In this document: positions 49,886 through 57,017 of the stretch, piece after piece
Layout: every line of letters starts with the position of its first letter
How positions within the stretch are numbered: the stretch's first letter is position 1
IMG/VR virus record: IMGVR_UViG_3300042519_001698
Source of the DNA: a virus
Reading direction: 5' to 3' (one strand)
Length of the DNA stretch: 64,000 nucleotides
Notes under the pieces: generated by a model
What the model saw: only the letters and a program-made list of their open reading frames with translations
Told to the model about the DNA's origin: nothing
Databases searched by the model: none
Position numbers and translations under genes: made by a program

Positions 49886-50665
49886 TTATTGTGTTATGGA
49901 CAATTTCTTGTCTGTTATATTCGTTTTTAGTTTTATTAATTTTCCAAAGTAACCATTTCTCCTCAATAATTTAAAGGTTAGGTTCTCATATGAGTACTCC
50001 CCACCTGATTCTAACCCACATTGTCTAAATTCTTTAATCTTCTTTCTTAGTGTGTCTATTTCACTTGTAACATCTTGTTTTTGACCTAATTTTATAAGTC
50101 TATCTATTTTTTTAGCGTATCCCTCGGACTTTTCTAATATTTTTCTATCGTCAATGTTAGGACTATTTCTTTCAGGTTTTATTAACCATTTGTCGTTTAA
50201 TATTGAATAAACCCCCGATGATACATGTTCTTGATTTATATCCTGAACATATACCTCAACATCATACCCCTTGATTTTAATGTTATGTTTTTCATTCCAT
50301 ACCCTTTCTTTCGCATCAAAAAACTCTTTAAAAATATTATGAATTGCAATTGAATTTGAGTTTTTACGATTACCAATTTCATCAAAATCTATAATAAAAT
50401 GTAAATCAACATCCGAATATTCTGACCAGTTATAATTTGCTAATGAACCTGTTAACACAATATCGTGTATGAAAAAATCAATAGACAACGATTCTATGAA
50501 ATCATCTGATATTTCCAATAAACGACTTCTTATATCTTCTCGCATAGAAAAATCACCATCTGAACCCTCAAAAATTTGGTCAGATAGTGATTCCTTAGGT
50601 TCAAAAGATTTGACAATCTTTTTATCCGTTTCTAAATCTTCAATAAGTTCTTCAAATAAACTCAT
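49886..50665 (-). CDS. Pol-beta superfamily nucleotidyltransferase
   Basis: LTGSLANYNWSEYSDVDLH (hG[GS]...DxD) plus a third acidic residue in YDVEVY. Confidence 0.85.
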   Translation of the reverse strand: MSLFEELIEDLETDKKIVKSFEPKESLSDQIFEGSDGDFSMREDIRSRLLEISDDFIESLSIDFFIHDIVLTGSLANYNWSEYSDVDLHFIIDFDEIGNRKNSNSIAIHNIFKEFFDAKERVWNEKHNIKIKGYDVEVYVQDINQEHVSSGVYSILNDKWLIKPERNSPNIDDRKILEKSEGYAKKIDRLIKLGQKQDVTSEIDTLRKKIKEFRQCGLESGGEYSYENLTFKLLRRNGYFGKLIKLKTNITDKKLSITQ

Positions 50666-50907
50666 TTTACTTTGTTGTAGTTGTACTTTCTTCCAATGCT
50701 TTCATTGAAAAATTTACCTTGTGATTCTGCAAGTCTAAACTTGGTGAATACATTCCAAGGAACTTTATTATACTCATAAATAGAGCCATTATTAAATGTT
50801 ACAGATAAATCCTCCGATTCGGTATCATAAACTGCAGATTGTAAATTTGAAGACTGTATATCAACACTAATCTTCTTTCCTTCGATGTTTTCTTTAATTA
50901 TTCCCAT
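50662..50907 (-). CDS. KTSC-domain protein; start moved to MGIIKE
   Basis: SSNLQSAVYD...LSVTFNNGSIYEY.KVP...ESQGKFFNESI. Confidence 0.9.
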   Translation of the reverse strand: MGIIKENIEGKKISVDIQSSNLQSAVYDTESEDLSVTFNNGSIYEYNKVPWNVFTKFRLAESQGKFFNESIGRKYNYNKVK

Positions 50908-50951
50908 GTTATTATAATTTATACTATAATATAACAAATAAATACCAAATT

Positions 50952-50977
50952 AAAAAACCCCCGATTTTCGAGGGTTT
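50952..50977 (-). terminator. Intrinsic terminator
   Basis: CCCUCGA/UCGGGGG stem followed by a U-tract. Confidence 0.75.
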
Positions 50978-50981
50978 AAAT

Positions 50982-51146
50982 TTAATTACCAGATTTTAAC
51001 TGATTCATAAGTCTATCCTTCAATCTGTCCTTTTTTGTTGTGTCCTTAACAATTGGTTCTTCTTTCTTATAACCAGGTTTTGATCTTTTTTCCATTAAAA
51101 TATTGGCTTCTTCAATATTTTTACGTTTCATTTCTGCTTTGTTCAT
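50982..51146 (-). CDS. 54-aa basic/charged peptide (absent from the ORF track)
   Basis: MNKAEMKRKNIEEANILMEKRSKPGYKKEEPIVKDTTKKDRLKDRLMNQLKSGN; TATTTATA upstream, terminator downstream. Confidence 0.7.
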   Translation of the reverse strand: MNKAEMKRKNIEEANILMEKRSKPGYKKEEPIVKDTTKKDRLKDRLMNQLKSGN

Positions 51147-51171
51147 GTTTTTTCTTTATTATAAATAGTAC

Positions 51172-51196
51172 AAAAAAACCCCGAATAATCGGGGTT
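51172..51196 (-). terminator. Intrinsic terminator after hsp20
   Basis: AACCCCGA-UUAU-UCGGGGUU followed by a U-tract. Confidence 0.85.
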
Positions 51197-51200
51197 CAAT

Positions 51201-51569
51201 TTAATTAAGAGAAATTAGACGTTCAATGGACTTCTTTTTGTCTATTGGTAATATCAATTCTAATATACCATTTTCAACCTTACCTTCAATATCCTTTTCT
51301 TTTACATCATCTGGAATATTATAAGATTTACTAAAACTATGTACAAAATAGTCTTTCTCATCATCTTCTGATTTCTCAAAAGATATTCTTAAAATACCTT
51401 CTTTAACTAAAATTTTTAAATCTTCTTTAGTTAATCCGGGAACACTCACCTGAACTTTATATTCGGTATCGGTTTTACTTACTTTAATTTCAGGTGTTTT
51501 TATGAAACGAGAAGTTTCAAATGCATTTTCAAAATCTTGAAAAATTGGGTTTTTAAATAATGTTATCAT
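51201..51569 (-). CDS. Small heat-shock protein (Hsp20/alpha-crystallin); start moved to MITLFKNP
   Basis: VPGLTKEDL, FSKSYNIPDDV, ENGILELILP. Confidence 0.92.
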   Translation of the reverse strand: MITLFKNPIFQDFENAFETSRFIKTPEIKVSKTDTEYKVQVSVPGLTKEDLKILVKEGILRISFEKSEDDEKDYFVHSFSKSYNIPDDVKEKDIEGKVENGILELILPIDKKKSIERLISLN

Positions 51570-51670
51570 AATATATTTTTTTTGTAATATATTAATCAAA
51601 TAATTTGCCATATCATAAATTTAGTCAATATGTCATAAAAAAATAAAATATATTGACACTTTGTCATCCG

Positions 51671-51702
51671 TTTGGATATTTGTATAATTAGTGTTATATT
51701 TG
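51671..51702 (+). promoter_or_regulatory. Bacteroidota sigma-A promoter TTTG-N20-TATATTTG for clpC
   Basis: TTTG 51671-51674; TATATTTG 51695-51702; ATG at 51725. Confidence 0.8.
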
Positions 51703-51724
51703 TATAAATTAAACTTTATTAATC

Positions 51725-53743
51725 ATGGCAGTAGATTTCTTTGAAGATGGTCCGACCACAAATCCTAAAAAAGTTAGAAAAGGTTCTAATACCCCAATTT
51801 TAGATAATTTTTCAAGAGACTTAATTAAACTCGCCGAAGAGGGTAAAATTGACCCTGTTGTCGGTAGAGATAAAGAAGTGAAAAGAATAGCACAAATTCT
51901 TTCTCGTAAAAAAAAGAATAACGCAGTAATTGTTGGTGATGCTGGTGTTGGTAAATCGGCACTCGTTGAAAAATTAGCACTATCCATTGTTAAAGGGGAT
52001 TGTCCAACAAATTTACTCGATAAGAGAATAATGTCTTTAGATTTAACTTCACTTGTTGCAGGTACAAAGTACCGTGGTCAATTTGAAGAAAGAATTAAAG
52101 CGATTCTAAATGAGTTACAAGAAGCTCCAAATGTGATTGTTTTCATTGATGAGTTACACACTATGGTTGGTGCGGGTAATGCAAGTGGTTCTATGGATGC
52201 TGCAAATATTTTGAAACCTGCATTGGCGAGAGGTGAAATGCAATGTATTGGAGCAACCACATTTGACGAATATAAAAAATCGATTGAAAAAGATTCAGCA
52301 TTAGTTAGACGATTCCAAAAAATTGTTTTAAAGGAACCAACTCAACCTGAAACAATTGATATTTTAAAAAATCTACAATCATCATATGAGGATTTTCATA
52401 AGGTAAAATATGATGATGGTGTTGTTGAGGTAATCGTAAAATTATCTGCGAGATATATTACAGATAGACAATTTCCCGATAAGGCGATTGATGTATTAGA
52501 TGAATTAGGTTCTGAAAAGAAAATATCAATGAGGATTCCCGAATCAATTGAAAAATTAAAAAGGGCGGCAGATGAAATTAAAGAAAAGAAAATTTTAGTT
52601 GTTAAGAGTCAAAATTACGAGGAGGCTGCGAAGTTAAGAGATGGTGAAAGGAAAGTAATTGAAAAACTTGAGGATGAAAAAAAGAAATGGTCTGAAAAAC
52701 AAAAGGACAATAAAATTCCTGTGAGTATTGATGATGTCTATTCTATAGTATCAAACATGACGGGGGTTCCAATTATGAAGTTAGACTCAAAAGAAACTGA
52801 GAAACTTTTAAAAATGGAAGATACATTATCTTCAAAGGTTATTGGTCAAGAAGAAGCTATTAGTGCTATTTCTAAGGCGATTAGAAGAAATCGTGTCGGA
52901 ATTAAAGAAGGTAATAAACCAATCGGCTCATTTATTTTTATGGGTTCAACGGGAGTCGGTAAAACATTTTTAGCAAAGTCAATTGCGGAATTGTTATTTG
53001 ATGATCCTGATAAAATTATTCGTGTTGACATGAGTGAATTTATGGATAGACACAATGTTTCTAAATTAATTGGTTCTCCTCCGGGTTATGTTGGTTATGA
53101 TGAAGGTGGACAATTAACTGAAAAAATTAAGAACAATCCTTTTTCTGTTATATTGTTTGATGAGATTGAAAAAGCACATAAAGATGTTTTCAATTTACTA
53201 CTTCAAATTTTAGACGAGGGTCATTTAACAGATTCATTTGGTCGTAAGATTAACTTCACCAATACTATCGTTATTATGACATCTAACATAGGTGCTAAGA
53301 AAGTATCTGAGTTTGGTGGTGGTGTTGGATTTAGTACAAATGGTAGTGAAGAACAAAAATATGAAGTAAGAAAAACCATGATTCAAAAATCGTTGAAACA
53401 ACAATTTAATCCTGAATTCTTAAATCGTATTGATGATATTATCTTATTTAACGCACTTAATGAAGAGACGTTGAAGAAAATTATCACTATTGAGTTATCT
53501 AAATTAAATAACAGATTAGTAGATAAAGGATATAAGATTACGTTTGAAAAGACAATTGCAAATCGAGTTTATGAATTAAATAAACAAGAAGAATATGGTG
53601 CACGACCACTTAAAAGAATCATTCAAAATCTATTGGAGGACTTCTTAAGTGAGGAAATATTAAAGGGTAACATTAAAGAGAATGAACAAATAACTTTAAA
53701 ATTTAAAGATGAAAATCTTACAATTGTAAAAAAAAGTTCATAA
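51725..53743 (+). CDS. clpC: ClpC-type Hsp100 AAA+ ATPase lacking the Clp-N domain
   Basis: GDAGVGKS/FIDELH, UVR M-domain (QNYEEAAKLRD), GSTGVGKT/FDEIEKAH, VGF ClpP-binding loop. Confidence 0.88.
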   Translation: MAVDFFEDGPTTNPKKVRKGSNTPILDNFSRDLIKLAEEGKIDPVVGRDKEVKRIAQILSRKKKNNAVIVGDAGVGKSALVEKLALSIVKGDCPTNLLDKRIMSLDLTSLVAGTKYRGQFEERIKAILNELQEAPNVIVFIDELHTMVGAGNASGSMDAANILKPALARGEMQCIGATTFDEYKKSIEKDSALVRRFQKIVLKEPTQPETIDILKNLQSSYEDFHKVKYDDGVVEVIVKLSARYITDRQFPDKAIDVLDELGSEKKISMRIPESIEKLKRAADEIKEKKILVVKSQNYEEAAKLRDGERKVIEKLEDEKKKWSEKQKDNKIPVSIDDVYSIVSNMTGVPIMKLDSKETEKLLKMEDTLSSKVIGQEEAISAISKAIRRNRVGIKEGNKPIGSFIFMGSTGVGKTFLAKSIAELLFDDPDKIIRVDMSEFMDRHNVSKLIGSPPGYVGYDEGGQLTEKIKNNPFSVILFDEIEKAHKDVFNLLLQILDEGHLTDSFGRKINFTNTIVIMTSNIGAKKVSEFGGGVGFSTNGSEEQKYEVRKTMIQKSLKQQFNPEFLNRIDDIILFNALNEETLKKIITIELSKLNNRLVDKGYKITFEKTIANRVYELNKQEEYGARPLKRIIQNLLEDFLSEEILKGNIKENEQITLKFKDENLTIVKKSS

Positions 53744-53780
53744 ATAGTTGACTTTTTTGTAAAGTTATATATATTTATAT

Positions 53781-53883
53781 TCTCAATAGGTTCTCTTTGT
53801 CGATTACCTTTTCGTTTTATTAAAGTAAGTGGGGTTGAACCCACTGAAAGACCTTAAACCCCGACATCTTGTTGGGGTTTTTT
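53781..53883 (+). ncRNA. Candidate ~100-nt structured small RNA
   Basis: ORF-free; TATTTATA at 53772; three stems plus terminator AAACCCCGACA-TCT-TGTTGGGGTTT-T3. Confidence 0.35.
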
Positions 53884-53927
53884 ATTTAAATTTTTTTTTA
53901 TCAGGGGATTTTCGTATATTTACTTAT

Positions 53928-54149
53928 ATGAAAAAATATACATTAATTATGGCTATCGGTGTTGTATCAACATTGATGTCATGTGGTTCAGGGTCAACCA
54001 CAAAAGAATCAACTGACTCTTTAGCGGCTCAAGTTGACACTGCTGCAGTATCTGCAACAGATTCTACAACTGCACAAATCCCAACAGTGGGAGGTGGTAC
54101 AGCAAAGGAAGATGCTGAAAAACCAGTATCTAACGAGGCTGTAAAATAA
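53928..54149 (+). CDS. Small lipoprotein; start moved to MKKYTL
   Basis: Basic N-terminus, hydrophobic core, LMSC lipobox, disordered S/T/A/D tail. Confidence 0.8.
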   Translation: MKKYTLIMAIGVVSTLMSCGSGSTTKESTDSLAAQVDTAAVSATDSTTAQIPTVGGGTAKEDAEKPVSNEAVK

Positions 54150-54151
54150 GG

Positions 54152-54186
54152 AATTGGGGGTTGGTTTTAATCGGCCCCCAATTTTT
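54152..54186 (+). terminator. Intrinsic terminator
   Basis: AATTGGGGGTTG/CGGCCCCCAATT stem followed by a T-run. Confidence 0.8.
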
Positions 54187-54203
54187 AATTTAAAATTTGT
54201 GAT

Positions 54204-54632
54204 ATGGAAAATATAATAGATAAACAAGGAGACTTAATATTACTTAGAGGATTACCTGGTTCAGGAAAATCCACTTTGGGTAATGTAATATTACAATTAC
54301 CAAATAACAATCCACAAGAAGTTTTATCTGCTGATGATTTTTTTGTAAACAACGAAGGGGAATATACCTTCGATGGTACAAAATTAAAAGAGGCTCACAA
54401 TTACTGTCAATTTAGATGTTCTGAAAGAATGAGACAACAAATAGTTAGAATTGTTGTTGCAAATACATTTACCGAAGATTGGGAAATGAAACCCTATTTT
54501 GACATGGCGGAAAGATACAATTATAGGGTTCATACTTTAATTGTAGAAAATAGACACGAAAGTGAAAATGTTCACGGAGTCCCTGAAGATAAACTTCAAA
54601 AAATGAAGAATAGGTTTGAAATAAAATTATAG
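54204..54632 (+). CDS. AAA_33/N4BP2-like polynucleotide kinase
   Basis: LLRGLPGSGKST, SADDFF, VANTF..WEMKPY, HGVPEDKL. Confidence 0.85.
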   Translation: MENIIDKQGDLILLRGLPGSGKSTLGNVILQLPNNNPQEVLSADDFFVNNEGEYTFDGTKLKEAHNYCQFRCSERMRQQIVRIVVANTFTEDWEMKPYFDMAERYNYRVHTLIVENRHESENVHGVPEDKLQKMKNRFEIKL

Positions 54633-54881
54633 ATGAGTCAATTTATTGAATCTTATTTTAAAACAACGTTATCACCAAAAAAAGTTAAAATGAAATTCTC
54701 TTCTCATACATTTAAAAATCAATGGGCAGTATACCCATTACCGTTTGCATACATTTATTTTGAAACATGTGAACCAGAATCACATAAATCATTATTCCAA
54801 AACAAAATATGTGCGGTGTATTTGTCTTTTAATTGGTTAAAGTGGACTTACAATATTGGATTTTATAAACCAATTAATTAA
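54633..54881 (+). CDS. Hypothetical aromatic-rich protein
   Basis: 82 aa, coupled within the kinase-ligase operon. Confidence 0.6.
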   Translation: MSQFIESYFKTTLSPKKVKMKFSSHTFKNQWAVYPLPFAYIYFETCEPESHKSLFQNKICAVYLSFNWLKWTYNIGFYKPIN

Positions 54882-56059
54882 TGTTGGAAATTTTAGAAAA
54901 ATACCACAAAGACGGTTTGTTACATAAACAAATCCACCCAACCTACGACTTAACTATTTGGAATTATTCACCAAAGGTTCAATACGAAAAATTATGGGAT
55001 GATATTACTTTGCAATGTCGTGGGTTGGTAACCAATTCGAAAGGAGATATTGTTGCAAGGCCATTTAAAAAATTCTTCAACTACGAGGAGCATGAACCAG
55101 AAGAAATACCCAATGAAAATTATGTTGTTTATGAAAAGATGGATGGATCTTTAGGTATTCTTTTTTATTATGAAGAAGAATTAACCGATGAGAGAAGATA
55201 CAACATATGGTTTAATAACAATTATGAAACAGGAATGGAAAGGTTCTTTGACCCTAACAATTTACCTGATTTTGATAATTCATATTATGAACCGACACCT
55301 AAAACAAAAGGTGAATGGATTTTAGCAACTCGTGGTTCTTTTACATCACCTCAGGCAATTAAGGGTAAAGAAATACTTGACAGACACGACATCAGTGCGT
55401 GGAGAAAAGACAATACATATTTGTTTGAAATTATTTATCCTGAAAATAGAATTGTGGTCGATTACAAAGGTGAGGAAAAATTAGTTGTTCTTGGTGCGAT
55501 TCATACTGAAACTGGAAATGAGGTTCCCGATAGTTCCTTGTTTTTTTTACAAGAAAGTGGATTTGAAATTGTAACAACATATAAGACATGGGGAGAAGGG
55601 TACGATTTACTTAAAGAAGAAATTAGTAAAGACAGAGAAGGTTATGTAATTCGTTTTAAAAACGGATTTAGAATGAAAATTAAAGGAGATGAATATAAAC
55701 GTCTTCATAAGATATTAACCAACATATCCAATAGAGATATATTTGAATATGTAAAAGAAGGGAAACCATTAGACGAAATACTTGATAAAGTTCCCGACGA
55801 ATTTTATAATTGGGTTAAAGAAACTAAAGAAGATTTTGAACATCAATTCAAAACAATTGATAAAGACTATACAAGAACATATAAAACCATTATAGACATT
55901 AATGGAATTACCGATAAAAAGGCATTTGCGAACTACGCATTAAGTTATAAACACTCAGCGGTATTGTTTGCAATGTATGATAATAAGAAGTACGACCATA
56001 TTATTTGGAAAACACTATACCCAACATACTCAAAACCATTTAAGAAAGATGACAACTGA
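54881..56059 (+). CDS. RNA ligase (T4 Rnl1-like)
   Basis: CRGL, PFKKFFN, EKMDGSLGI, ATRGSF, FEII, EGYV, KIK. Confidence 0.9.
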   Translation: MLEILEKYHKDGLLHKQIHPTYDLTIWNYSPKVQYEKLWDDITLQCRGLVTNSKGDIVARPFKKFFNYEEHEPEEIPNENYVVYEKMDGSLGILFYYEEELTDERRYNIWFNNNYETGMERFFDPNNLPDFDNSYYEPTPKTKGEWILATRGSFTSPQAIKGKEILDRHDISAWRKDNTYLFEIIYPENRIVVDYKGEEKLVVLGAIHTETGNEVPDSSLFFLQESGFEIVTTYKTWGEGYDLLKEEISKDREGYVIRFKNGFRMKIKGDEYKRLHKILTNISNRDIFEYVKEGKPLDEILDKVPDEFYNWVKETKEDFEHQFKTIDKDYTRTYKTIIDINGITDKKAFANYALSYKHSAVLFAMYDNKKYDHIIWKTLYPTYSKPFKKDDN

Positions 56060-56522
56060 TAAAAAAAGATTATATCTTGATGATGTGAGAACACCACATG
56101 CCGAAGATTGGATTATTGTTAGAAATTACGACCAATTTAAATCTACTATAAGATTATACGGATTAAATAATTTTGAGGTTATTTCTTTAGACCATGATTT
56201 AGGGGATAGTGCAATGGTTGAATATTATAATAATGTGAAAGATAATTACATATTAAATTATGATAATATAAATGAAAAAACAGGAATGGATTGTTGTAAA
56301 TTTTTAGTTAATGAAAGTATTGAAAAAAATATACCATTACCAACAGTATATGTCCATTCCGCAAACCCAATTGGTAGTCATAATATGATGGGTTACATTA
56401 ATAACTATTTAAAAAATTGTCATTTAGAACAATCATGTATACGAGTTGAAATTAAACATACAGTTGATGAAAGTTTTATGTTAAGTCCCGAGGCTAGAAG
56501 AGCGAAATGGAAAAGACCTTAA
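56049..56522 (+). CDS. Cyclic-phosphate-processing receiver-like domain protein; start moved to MTTDKK
   Basis: LYLDDVRTP, ISLDHDLG, TGMDCCKFL, HSANPIG. Confidence 0.8.
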   Translation: MTTDKKRLYLDDVRTPHAEDWIIVRNYDQFKSTIRLYGLNNFEVISLDHDLGDSAMVEYYNNVKDNYILNYDNINEKTGMDCCKFLVNESIEKNIPLPTVYVHSANPIGSHNMMGYINNYLKNCHLEQSCIRVEIKHTVDESFMLSPEARRAKWKRP

Positions 56523-56594
56523 AAATTTTATTTGTCAATTAAATAAATTTTATTAATTTAGTGCTCAATAACTAACAATAAACAACTAACTAAC

Positions 56595-56924
56595 ATGTCT
56601 ACTAATCAAAAAAATGCCGAACCTTTTAAGTCATTAGAACTGAAGGGTAAGTACAATGACTTTACCGATTTTTATGATGAAAATAAAAGAATTATCTACG
56701 AATCAATATTTGATGTTTTTAAGGAATTTAGAAACACAAAAAAAAAGAAGTTAACCTTATTTGTTTCAGCTAAAATAAGAGGACTTGAATGGGATACAGA
56801 ATTTAACTTTCATAAGGAAGAATCTGTCGTTTTAAAAAGAGATTTAATGCCATATTTTGAGGAGATTGAGGACTATGAAACTTGTAATGAAATAAATAAT
56901 CTTTATAAAGAATTGACTTTATAA
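56595..56924 (+). CDS. Hypothetical protein with C-terminal UVR-like motif
   Basis: YFEEIEDYETCNEINNL. Confidence 0.6.
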   Translation: MSTNQKNAEPFKSLELKGKYNDFTDFYDENKRIIYESIFDVFKEFRNTKKKKLTLFVSAKIRGLEWDTEFNFHKEESVVLKRDLMPYFEEIEDYETCNEINNLYKELTL

Positions 56925-56983
56925 AAATTATTTTTTATAATTTATTTATGTATTTGGAGAGATACATGTGATTTTTTGTCAAT

Positions 56984-57017
56984 ATCCCCGTCAGTTTCTA
57001 CTTTCGGGGATTTTTTT
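56984..57017 (+). terminator. Probable terminator between convergent units
   Basis: ATCCCCG...CGGGGAT followed by a T-run; 14-nt loop. Confidence 0.55.

Noticed and set aside
51725-53743. ClpB disaggregase call
   Set aside because: A short UVR-type middle domain and the VGF loop indicate ClpC type; the long ClpB propeller is absent
53828-53845. tRNA (minus-strand GGGTTCAACCCC resembles a T-arm)
   Set aside because: The loop is 6 nt in the only good pairing register, and there is no acceptor, D or anticodon arm or CCA; no tRNA seen elsewhere in the window
53845-53852. Hammerhead core (CTGAAAGA)
   Set aside because: Does not fit CUGANGA spacing, and no matching GAAA/stem arrangement
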